Shown here: positions 6,538 through 14,906 of the stretch, one piece after another
How positions within the stretch are numbered: the first letter of the stretch is position 1
Layout: the number at the start of each line of letters is the position of its first letter
Virus record (IMG/VR): IMGVR_UViG_3300022201_000072
Location: 1 to 57,371 of that record
From: a virus
Lineage: Duplodnaviria > Caudoviricetes
Length of the DNA: 57,371 nt
Reading direction: 5' to 3' (one strand)
The notes under the pieces: generated by a model
Database searches by the model: none
Seen by the model: only the letters and a program-made list of their open reading frames with translations
Told to the model about the DNA's origin: nothing
Made by a program: the position numbers and the translations under genes

Positions 6538-8559
6538 GATGAATTTAAGGTGTTTAGACAAGCATTATATAGATCGTTCGAACGGATGTCAGAACGTAGT
6601 CTATTCGTAACAGACGTATCAAAAGACGAGCTATGGGACACATATTTGGATAGTTTTCCAGAGGGAACGAACGAAATATTCCGGGAACGTCGAGAATACG
6701 ATTGTAACGCATGTAAAAGTTTCATAAGAGCTTGTGGCTCTGTTGTGACCGTGGTTAACAATAGATTGGAATCTATATGGGATTTAGTCAATCTTGAAGA
6801 CCACTTTCAAGTTGTAGCTAACGCCATGTCAAAGCTGGTAAAATCTAAGAAAATAAAGGACGTCTTTGTATCTTCCGAAAAAAGGATAGGAAAAGACTTT
6901 ACGCAACAGATTCATGGTGTCCCTCCCATCACTTTTGGTATTTGGAATCATTTTTACGTAGACGTTGGAAAAAGAAATATTATGTCCAACGATTTGATAC
7001 TTACGCACTTATCGCATAAACGAAGCGGGGTACATTTATTTAGACGGGCTTTAGAAGAAATATCTATTGAAGCGATTGAAATCGTTATGGACTTGATAAA
7101 CCAAAATTCAGTGTATCGTGGAGAAGAACACAAGACGTCGGTCAAAAAATTCCACGCTTTAAAGCTGGGTTATCGCTCTATAAACGACGAGAACGAACGA
7201 CTTAATTTTTGTTGGAACGCTAAAGAAGTCGATTCTGTTCTTCGGATTAAAAATACAGCTATTGGGACGTTATTAGTGGATATTTCAGACGGAATGGATC
7301 TTGACGGTGCTGTCCGTCTATTCGAGACAAAAGTTGCACCGGCTAATTACAAACGACCTAAATCGATTATCACTAAAAGAATGTTAGACGATGCTAAAAA
7401 GCAAGTAGATGAGCTTGGCTTCAACGATTCTCTAGGTCGACGATATGCAGTGGTTGACGACATAACAATCAACAACGTGTTATTCGCTGATCGATCGATT
7501 AAGAAAATTATGAATGTTTTCGATGAAATATCGGCAGATCTACCGGTTGATCTGAAAAAATTTAAAAAGCTGGAAGAGATCGATATTAAAACGTTCATTT
7601 CTGATATTGTTCCAAAAGCGGACAGTTTAGAATTGATGTTCGAAAACAGACACGTAGGGAATTTAGTAAGCTTAATTGCTCCCATAAACGCCGACGCAAA
7701 GCTTATTTTTAAGTGGGATAATAACTTTTCATGGTCGTACAAAGGCGAAGTAGCCGACTCTATGAAACAAAGGGTTAAATCGGCGGGCGGCAATGTTGAC
7801 GGCGTGTTGCGATTTTCTATTCAATGGAATGATGGAGATAATAACCAAAATGACTTCGACGCCCACTGTATCGAGCCGAACGGGAATCACATATGGTTTA
7901 GAAATAAAGGTCGCGAGCAACCCTCCACTGGCAGGCTGGACGTTGACATCATATCCCCTGGGAATATGGTGGCGGTGGAAAACATCACGTGGACGAATAA
8001 AAACAGAATGCAAGAAGGCGCTTATAGATTTTTCGTTCATAACTACAGTCATGTAGGCGGTAAAACCGGATTTACGGCGGAAATAGAGTATGAAGGCCAG
8101 ATCTATTCATACGCATATAACCAGGAGCTAAATCAAGATCAAAAAGTAACAGTGGCAATCGTTAGATTTTCGAGAGAGAACGGCATCGAGTTTATGCAGT
8201 CGTTGCCGTCCACCTCCGCCTCTAAATATATATGGAGGGTAAAAACACAAACGCTAAACCCGGTATCTATGATTATGGAGTCCCCAAACCATTGGGATGA
8301 AAAAGTCACCGGTAATAAGCACTATTTTTTTATGCTGAAGAACTGCTTAAATCCCGAAAAAACGAGAGGGTTTTTCAATGAGTTTCTTAAAGAAGATCTC
8401 AGTAAATACCGGAAAGTTTTTGAGGTGTTAGGCAGCAAGATGTTGACTGATAAAAGTGATAACCAGTTAAGCGGCCTTGGTTTCTCTTCTACTCAGCGAA
8501 ACGACATTATTTGTAAAGTGTCTGGAAGTTTTTCCAGAATCATTAAAATAACTTTTTAA
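6535..8559 (+). CDS. Large conserved phage protein (674 aa) with N-terminal CxxC and C-terminal YfaP/DUF2135(TerD-like) domain
   Basis: YDCNACKSFIR; LRFSIQWN..NDFDAHCIEPNG..GRLDVD..AVENITW. Confidence 0.75.
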   Translation: MDEFKVFRQALYRSFERMSERSLFVTDVSKDELWDTYLDSFPEGTNEIFRERREYDCNACKSFIRACGSVVTVVNNRLESIWDLVNLEDHFQVVANAMSKLVKSKKIKDVFVSSEKRIGKDFTQQIHGVPPITFGIWNHFYVDVGKRNIMSNDLILTHLSHKRSGVHLFRRALEEISIEAIEIVMDLINQNSVYRGEEHKTSVKKFHALKLGYRSINDENERLNFCWNAKEVDSVLRIKNTAIGTLLVDISDGMDLDGAVRLFETKVAPANYKRPKSIITKRMLDDAKKQVDELGFNDSLGRRYAVVDDITINNVLFADRSIKKIMNVFDEISADLPVDLKKFKKLEEIDIKTFISDIVPKADSLELMFENRHVGNLVSLIAPINADAKLIFKWDNNFSWSYKGEVADSMKQRVKSAGGNVDGVLRFSIQWNDGDNNQNDFDAHCIEPNGNHIWFRNKGREQPSTGRLDVDIISPGNMVAVENITWTNKNRMQEGAYRFFVHNYSHVGGKTGFTAEIEYEGQIYSYAYNQELNQDQKVTVAIVRFSRENGIEFMQSLPSTSASKYIWRVKTQTLNPVSMIMESPNHWDEKVTGNKHYFFMLKNCLNPEKTRGFFNEFLKEDLSKYRKVFEVLGSKMLTDKSDNQLSGLGFSSTQRNDIICKVSGSFSRIIKITF

Positions 8560-8573
8560 AAAGGAGATGAAAA

Positions 8574-8960
8574 ATGTTTGAACGCGCTACAAGATTAAAG
8601 CTCAGATTCGCGACAGGTAAAGGGTTAGCGACAATTGAGGATTTGTGGGACATCCCGCTCCTGGACAAATCAGGCGTTTCACTGGATGAAATTGCGAGAC
8701 GGCTAAACAGGGATGTTAGCATGGCAAGAGAAGAGAGTTTTGTCATTAAAAGAACAAATAACGACGATATCTTAGAATTGAAATTTTCGATTGTTAAACA
8801 CATCATTAAAGTGAAACTGGATGACGTCGAAAGAAAAGAAAATGCAGCCGCCAACAAAGCCAAAAAAGATAAGTTAATGGGAATCATCGCCGCCAAAGAA
8901 GAGGAAGGATTGAAAGAAAAGAGTCTCCCTGATCTGAAGAAAATGATAGAAGAATTGTAA
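8574..8960 (+). CDS. Conserved partner of the 674-aa protein (coiled-coil C-terminus)
   Basis: MFERATRLKLRF..GLATIEDLWDIPL; AGGAG RBS. Confidence 0.8.
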   Translation: MFERATRLKLRFATGKGLATIEDLWDIPLLDKSGVSLDEIARRLNRDVSMAREESFVIKRTNNDDILELKFSIVKHIIKVKLDDVERKENAAANKAKKDKLMGIIAAKEEEGLKEKSLPDLKKMIEEL

Positions 8961-8993
8961 AGCCCCTGGTTGTATTTCGATTTAATATTTAAA

Positions 8994-9027
8994 TATTTGA
9001 AGCGTTATATCTATAGCGCTTCAAATA
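8994..9027. repeat. 34-bp near-perfect palindrome
   Basis: TATTTGAAGCGTTATA-TC-TATAGCGCTTCAAATA (15/16 arm match). Confidence 0.85.
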
Positions 9028-9047
9028 CAAAAAATACAGGAGAACAG

Positions 9048-9434
9048 ATGATAAAAAAAGGCGTGTGTAAACACTACAACGGCGTGTACGGTGCAGGCAT
9101 GAAGCAAGGAACATGCGAAAAAGGCGTAATTTACAGAAGTCTTGTTGGCACTCCCTGTTTTAAAAAACACGATACCGATACTGTCTGTGAATTGTATTCA
9201 GAACCAACACAAAAAGATTTTGAGCGTCAAAAAGAAAAAGAAAAATTGTGGGAGCGTAATTTTGATAAGCTAATGATTGCGTTGTACTTTATAAAAAGTG
9301 AGCACAGTTGTGGCGATTCAGGCAAAATGAAATGTCCGGTATGCGATAAGACGCTGACTTGGTTAATATCCGGGTATAACGGTCACATCACGGCCCAATG
9401 CGAAACGAAAGGATGCATTTTCGTAATAGACTGA
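9048..9434 (+). CDS. Cys/His-rich putative Zn-binding protein (paralog B)
   Basis: Start reassigned to 9048 (AGGAG RBS); aligns end to end with 5477..5890. Confidence 0.8.
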   Translation: MIKKGVCKHYNGVYGAGMKQGTCEKGVIYRSLVGTPCFKKHDTDTVCELYSEPTQKDFERQKEKEKLWERNFDKLMIALYFIKSEHSCGDSGKMKCPVCDKTLTWLISGYNGHITAQCETKGCIFVID

Positions 9435-9435
9435 A

Positions 9436-10194
9436 ATGAATGTCTTTTACGAAAATGAACACGGCATATTATGGCACGGTGATTGTTTAGAAGTTATGAA
9501 ACTACTACCGATTGATATTGATAGGGTGGATATGGTTCTTTCGGACCCGCCATACGGAACAACTCAAAATAAATGGGATTCCGTAATTGATCTTGACGAG
9601 ATGTGGAAATCGGTAAATGAATTAGTAAACGATAACACGCCGATAATTTTAACCTCAGCGCAGCCGTTTACGTCTGCTTTAATCATGAGCAATATAAAAA
9701 AATTCAGATATCAGTGGGTATGGGCGAAAAGTCAAGCAGTCGGGCATTTAAACGCTTATAAAATGCCAATGAGGGAGCATGAGGATATCTGCGTATTTTA
9801 CAACAGGTTACCGACCTACAACCCACAAATACGCGATAAGCCCAAAGAAAATATTAGACCCGCTAAAAGAGTTAAAAAACTCAGCAAAGATAATTCATGC
9901 TATGGCAAACACACAAAAGGCTCAGATCGTAAATTACCAATTGATAAGTCTCTTCCGACATCGATTATAAAATTCAATAGCCCGCAAAATAACTTTCATC
10001 CGACCGAAAAACCGGTTGATCTTTTCAGCTATTTAATTTCAACCTACACAAATCAAGACGACAAAATTTTAGATTTCTGTGCCGGGTCCGGCACTACTGC
10101 GATAGCGGCGGAAATTACAGGTCGAAAATGGGTGTTAATAGAAAAAGAAGAAAAATACTGCGACACGATAGTGAAAAGACTAAATGTAAAATAG
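9436..10194 (+). CDS. Orphan N6-adenine/N4-cytosine DNA methyltransferase (beta class)
   Basis: SDPPY catalytic motif precedes HPTEKP and DFCAGSGTT SAM-binding motif; no cognate restriction enzyme seen. Confidence 0.93.
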   Translation: MNVFYENEHGILWHGDCLEVMKLLPIDIDRVDMVLSDPPYGTTQNKWDSVIDLDEMWKSVNELVNDNTPIILTSAQPFTSALIMSNIKKFRYQWVWAKSQAVGHLNAYKMPMREHEDICVFYNRLPTYNPQIRDKPKENIRPAKRVKKLSKDNSCYGKHTKGSDRKLPIDKSLPTSIIKFNSPQNNFHPTEKPVDLFSYLISTYTNQDDKILDFCAGSGTTAIAAEITGRKWVLIEKEEKYCDTIVKRLNVK

Positions 10195-10253
10195 TACTTG
10201 ACATAGTACTCTATACCGCGTACCGTAAGAACATACTGTATTAAAAACATTAA
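10188..10253 (+). promoter_or_regulatory. Promoter-operator cassette copy R8 (most diverged)
   Basis: TTGACA 10198-10203, TACCGT 10221-10226; ATAGTACTC-tatacc-GCGTACCGT; AAAAACATTAA leader; MTase TAG lies inside its 5' end. Confidence 0.75.
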
Positions 10254-10350
10254 ACGATACGAACTGTAACAGGTTAGAAAAAATAGGAGGTAAAAATGCA
10301 CTCGCCGACTAAAGCCCGGCATAATCAAAAACCACTTAACAAAACAGAAG

Positions 10351-10734
10351 ATGAAAATACTAACATTGTTTATTTTTACGATAAATTCAGTTACCGCATT
10401 GTTGGCCACTGAATATTTCACCTCTTTTTCAAAGCAAGATTTAGCACTTCAGTCTGTTTTTACTTTAGTGACCTGCTATGATTGGGTTCAAACAAAAGAG
10501 TTTAGAAGAGAAGGGCCGGGCCAAAAATATGAAAAAAACCCGATATTAGGGAAAGAGCCGTCACAAGAAAGAGTCAATACTCTGATATTTGGGGCGATAA
10601 TTGGCCACGCATTAGTGACATATGCACTACCAAAAAAGTACAGGGAGTATTGGCAAGTGTCTTTTATCTCAATCGAAGCCGTAGCAGTTAGCGCTAATCA
10701 TAGAAACGGCGTAAGAGTTATCGGTAATTGGTAG
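10351..10734 (+). CDS. Membrane-associated protein with D..QT...ExNP motif (DUF5658-like)
   Basis: Hydrophobic N-terminus; DWVQT...YEKNPILG; further hydrophobic helices. Confidence 0.7.
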   Translation: MKILTLFIFTINSVTALLATEYFTSFSKQDLALQSVFTLVTCYDWVQTKEFRREGPGQKYEKNPILGKEPSQERVNTLIFGAIIGHALVTYALPKKYREYWQVSFISIEAVAVSANHRNGVRVIGNW

Positions 10735-10761
10735 CAACTAATCAATTAACTGGAGAGACTA

Positions 10762-10989
10762 ATGGAAATGAATTTTGATGAGTTTAAAAAGCTTATTAAT
10801 TTGGTTAAAACTAATACGGTAGTCGAAGAATCAGATTATTCTCTTGAGATGGCGAAAATTTGGTTTTTAATCGGTGCGGGTAAAAGGACCGCCGCCATAA
10901 AAACTTTAAGGGACTTTAAAAGTTTAGATTTAAAAACAGCTAAAGGACAAATCGATGCTATGATGGAAGCTTCAGACTCCTTTGATTAA
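10762..10989 (+). CDS. Ribosomal L7/L12 C-terminal-like domain protein
   Basis: GKRTAAIKTLRDFKSLDLKTAKGQID resembles the bL12 CTD pattern KIxAIKxxRxxxxLGLKEAKxxV. Confidence 0.65.
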   Translation: MEMNFDEFKKLINLVKTNTVVEESDYSLEMAKIWFLIGAGKRTAAIKTLRDFKSLDLKTAKGQIDAMMEASDSFD

Positions 10990-11010
10990 TTTAAATTTTG
11001 AGGATTAAAG

Positions 11011-11319
11011 ATGAAAATAGACGATAGAAATAAAGATAAAATCGACCCGTTAGGCAAAAGGATTGGCGTAATAGAAATATCTTGCGCTATTATATGGAGG
11101 TCTACGTCGATTATAGCCCACGTTATGTCTAGGCTAAAACTAATACCGTTAAGCGTCGAGACTGATACCTTTATTTCAGTGATTAGAATTACCGGTATAT
11201 CGCCGGCTTTCAGCAAAGAGATAGAGGACAGTGAAAATCCTCCAAAATACGATATTATATTAGAAACAAATCCGAATAATCCAGATGAGCCGAAAATATC
11301 AGTCAAACTAATCGATTAG
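11011..11319 (+). CDS. Hypothetical protein
   Basis: GAGGA RBS, co-directional with the operon. Confidence 0.65.
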   Translation: MKIDDRNKDKIDPLGKRIGVIEISCAIIWRSTSIIAHVMSRLKLIPLSVETDTFISVIRITGISPAFSKEIEDSENPPKYDIILETNPNNPDEPKISVKLID

Positions 11320-11389
11320 CGCGATATCAAGATAAAACGCAATCGTTTTGATAATAATTACTTGAAAAAGGTATACAAGGAGATATAAA

Positions 11390-12631
11390 ATGTTAACAAG
11401 ATATAAAGCTGTCAGTCTTACGCGAGAAATTTGGAGACAAAAATCTATAGGTGTCTATACGCATCCAGACATTGATACGTCTGAATTTCTGAACAAATGC
11501 CCTTGTTGTCAATACGTTCACGAACAAAACGGTAACAAGTTTTTTGAGGCTGAAGAGTGCGAAAAGTATTGTCCTTTAGAATGGCCCAAGAATGATGAGG
11601 GCCGCAACACGTGTCGTGAAGGCGGTCTTTACGATAAATACCTTTCAGCAGATATTAAAACTGAAAGAAAAATAGCCAACCAAATATCTGAACTCCCAGA
11701 AAAACCAATAAAACAAGAGAAAGAAACGATATCAAGAGCTGAAGCAATAAGATTGACTAGAGAAATTTGGAGACAAAAATCTAAAGGTGTCTATACGCAT
11801 CCAGACATTGATACGTCTAAATTCCTGAACAATTGCCCTTGTTGTCAATACGTGTATGAACAATATGGTAGCGAGTTTTTTGAGGCTGAAGAATGTGAAA
11901 AGGATTGCCCTTTAGAATGGCCCAAGAATGATGAGGGCCGTAATGACTGTTGTAAAGGCGGGCTTTACTCTAAATACAAATCAGCAGATATTAAAATAGA
12001 TTTAATATCCGCAAGAAAAATAGCCAAACAAATATCTGAACTCCCAGAAAAGTCAATAAAACATGAGAAAGAAACAATATCAAGAGCTGAAGCAATAAGA
12101 TTGACTAGAGAAATTTGGCGTTGGAAATCTGAATCTGAATTACCAGTTCCAGACATTGATACGTCTGAATTTTTGAACAAATGCCCTTGTTGTCAATACG
12201 TGTACGAACAAAACGGTAGCGAGTTTTTTGATATTAAGGAGTGTGAAAAGTATTGCCCTTTAGAATGGCCCAAGAATGATGAGGGCTGTAAGTCGTGTAG
12301 TAATGGCGGTCTTTACGATAAATACGAAGCATCGAACGACCCCACAGTGAAAAGTGAAATCGCTAAACAAATATCTGAACTCCCAAAAAAACCACTTAAC
12401 AAAGGCGAGCAAAAGATAATTTCTTGCATGGATTCAGAACTTGAAGTATACATAAGGGGGCAAAAGATAATTTCTTGCATGATTTCAGAACTTGAATTGA
12501 ATAAAAAAATGGTCGATAAAATCTCTTCAACGGTTATAGAAAATTGGACCTGCATTAAAATTGAAGATAAGATCTCTACAAAAATCGATCAGTTAAAAAA
12601 AGAGCTTGAAGAACTTAAAAAGATAAAATAA
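11390..12631 (+). CDS. Protein with three tandem Cys-rich domains (CPCC-x16-C-x3-CP-x12-C)
   Basis: Three ~115-aa repeats also visible in the DNA (identical 40-mers at 11731 and 12079). Confidence 0.85.
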   Translation: MLTRYKAVSLTREIWRQKSIGVYTHPDIDTSEFLNKCPCCQYVHEQNGNKFFEAEECEKYCPLEWPKNDEGRNTCREGGLYDKYLSADIKTERKIANQISELPEKPIKQEKETISRAEAIRLTREIWRQKSKGVYTHPDIDTSKFLNNCPCCQYVYEQYGSEFFEAEECEKDCPLEWPKNDEGRNDCCKGGLYSKYKSADIKIDLISARKIAKQISELPEKSIKHEKETISRAEAIRLTREIWRWKSESELPVPDIDTSEFLNKCPCCQYVYEQNGSEFFDIKECEKYCPLEWPKNDEGCKSCSNGGLYDKYEASNDPTVKSEIAKQISELPKKPLNKGEQKIISCMDSELEVYIRGQKIISCMISELELNKKMVDKISSTVIENWTCIKIEDKISTKIDQLKKELEELKKIK

Positions 12632-12669
12632 TCAGTTATTTATTACTTTCTACTGAAAGGAAAAAAAAA

Positions 12670-13344
12670 ATGAAATATCTTGTGATTTTAAATGGTGGGT
12701 CTGGAAGACCGATGTTTTTGACGGACAACAATGATGAAGCTTGTCTCTTTGATTCTAAACGAGATGCTGAAAACTCCGGCAATGACAATGCATGCGGTGA
12801 AGCCAGAGGTTTTGATGTTGTTGAGTGGGACTATTTTGAAGATAAGATCTCCGCAAAAATCGATCAATTAAAAAAAGAACTGGAAGAACTGGAAGAACTT
12901 AAAAAGGCTAAAAAGGGCCATGTTCCGGGATACTATCAGCCAAATATTGGGGAAAGGTACTTTTTTTCTACAGAAGAGGCTATCTTGACTCGTTTTTGGG
13001 GCGGCGGAAAACACGATATTTGGTTGATCGATAATGGCCTATGTTTCAAAACAATAGAGGAAGCTGAAAAAGTTCGCGAATATAAAAAAGCAAAGCTTTC
13101 CCTTGTCCAGCGTATACATAAGTACAACGATGGGTGGAAGCAGGATTGGTATAATAGTAACATAGATAAATACTGTTTCACTATTGACGCTAGCCCCACT
13201 GAAATCATAAAAATCATGCGTTACCGTTGGGAGCAAAATCTTGAATCTTGCATGTACTTCAAATCATATGAGATCGGTAAAAAAATAATTGAAGATCTTG
13301 GAGAGGCAACAATTAAGCTCGCAATAAGAGGGGTTGAACTATGA
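12670..13344 (+). CDS. Mosaic hypothetical protein with a coiled-coil linker shared with the upstream gene
   Basis: EDKISxKIDQLKKELEELKK present in both proteins. Confidence 0.75.
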   Translation: MKYLVILNGGSGRPMFLTDNNDEACLFDSKRDAENSGNDNACGEARGFDVVEWDYFEDKISAKIDQLKKELEELEELKKAKKGHVPGYYQPNIGERYFFSTEEAILTRFWGGGKHDIWLIDNGLCFKTIEEAEKVREYKKAKLSLVQRIHKYNDGWKQDWYNSNIDKYCFTIDASPTEIIKIMRYRWEQNLESCMYFKSYEIGKKIIEDLGEATIKLAIRGVEL

Positions 13345-13685
13345 CACTCGCTCTGTATATATGTATTGCTAGAATAGCAGCTATTTGCGGTATTGCAATA
13401 TCATCATTAGTGTGGGGGTTTGCAGCTGCAGTTCTAACTCATCAATTTATCAACGATGAAGAATTAACTGTTCCGTTTATACAGATGAAACTAGACGGGT
13501 TTAATACTATATTTTATCTTACTGTATCCATATTCGTTTTTCCGTTTTTGGCTTGCCTGATTGGGATGATATGGCCAATAATACCGATATCGTTAATCGT
13601 ATTCGTATTTTTTCGTACACTGTTTGCTATTAGGCGAGTTATCAGATTAGAGAAGAAACTCGATAAAATGGAGAAAGAAACATGA
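13341..13685 (+). CDS. Membrane protein (paralog A)
   Basis: 2-3 hydrophobic helices; QFIND and IGMIWP motifs. Confidence 0.75.
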   Translation: MTLALYICIARIAAICGIAISSLVWGFAAAVLTHQFINDEELTVPFIQMKLDGFNTIFYLTVSIFVFPFLACLIGMIWPIIPISLIVFVFFRTLFAIRRVIRLEKKLDKMEKET

Positions 13686-14008
13686 CGTTTCGAATGTATG
13701 CTGATATCGGGGCAACTGTTGTCATTATTTTCTGGATAATAGCGCTAGTGATTTTTGTTTTTGTATTCGCTACATTTGCTTATCAATTTATTAATGATCA
13801 GGATTTTAATCTCGGTGATGATAAAAAATTAAGCTTAGAAGAGGTGGGTAGAATCTTAGGCGCTTGGTCTATTTTCGGGATTTTAGCCCCGATCATTATT
13901 GGTATGTTTTGGCCGGCAGCGGTGATGGCGTCAGTATGTTTGGTTTTGTATTTTATTCGATATTTGATCAGGATGGTTAAAATTGCAAAAAAAGAAATGG
14001 AGAAATAA
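13682..14008 (+). CDS. Membrane protein (paralog B)
   Basis: QFIND and IGMFWP motifs shared with paralog A. Confidence 0.75.
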   Translation: MTFRMYADIGATVVIIFWIIALVIFVFVFATFAYQFINDQDFNLGDDKKLSLEEVGRILGAWSIFGILAPIIIGMFWPAAVMASVCLVLYFIRYLIRMVKIAKKEMEK

Positions 14009-14009
14009 A

Positions 14010-14243
14010 ATGAAAGAACAAATAATAATGATCGTAGTCGTAGCTGCTGTTGTAATTGCGTTAATGGCGTTCATAAAGCTAAGCCAAGCGGACATAAACA
14101 AGATTACAACTGAAGACGGTCTTGAATGCGTAACCGCAAAATCATTGAATAGCTTTTCGATTGACTGCAATTACGAAAAACATAATCACATGACAAATTT
14201 TGGTGAATTCCCGTATTCAGAAATAATAGAAGAGGCGAAATAA
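14010..14243 (+). CDS. Signal-anchored small protein with two Cys
   Basis: N-terminal TM; TEDGLECV...SIDCNY; GGAG RBS. Confidence 0.7.
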   Translation: MKEQIIMIVVVAAVVIALMAFIKLSQADINKITTEDGLECVTAKSLNSFSIDCNYEKHNHMTNFGEFPYSEIIEEAK

Positions 14244-14408
14244 AAAACCGAATATATCAGAAATCACAATGATTTGTATCATAGACAGTTTAATCTATTC
14301 ATGTTAGTATAGCGCTACAGTGCTATAAAAACAGTAATTAAGTGTACTTACAGTTAAACTTCGTACACTATATATGTTAGCGACAAAAATCTTAACATTA
14401 AAACGAAT

Positions 14409-14660
14409 ATGAAGACGTTAAAATACAGAATAGAACATGAGATAACAGAAGACCACATAACCGCCGGAATAGTTGAATTATTAGTTTCGAAAGAAAAAAG
14501 GATATCAAAATTAAAAGTTGAATGGTCTGTAAGAGACGGACTAAAAGCTTCAGGCGAAGAGTGGAGAGAGTTTCACGGCGCTTACGAAGATTACCCGAAC
14601 GAGCTTTATCAAAAAGCAAAGACGATAGGTGCGTCTCTGTTTCCAGAAATTTATAAGTGA
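14409..14660 (+). CDS. Hypothetical protein
   Basis: ORF co-directional with the arm; weak RBS. Confidence 0.55.
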   Translation: MKTLKYRIEHEITEDHITAGIVELLVSKEKRISKLKVEWSVRDGLKASGEEWREFHGAYEDYPNELYQKAKTIGASLFPEIYK

Positions 14661-14900
14661 ACGCAGTAGGGCGCGAGTTATTAGCGTCCTTAGCGGCCCC
14701 GGTAAACTTTTATATACGCTTCGTGGCCGCTTAAAAATGAGCTGTGAGCTAACGGGAATCGAGCGCCACACTGCAACCGGTTCAGTGACAAGCATGCGGT
14801 AAATTCGTAACCACTAGCGCCTGACTATGTATAAAACCATAGAGCTGAGTTGCGGCGTAAGACGTGCCTTGGTTTGTATCGATAGACACTCACAGCTTTT
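14661..14900 (+). ncRNA. Putative structured non-coding RNA
   Basis: GC-rich gap with nested helices AGGGCGC/GCGTCCT, AGCGGCC/GGCCGCT, AGCTGTGAG/CTCACAGCT, CACTG/CAGTG, CTATG/CATAG. Confidence 0.55.
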
Positions 14901-14906
14901 AAACGC

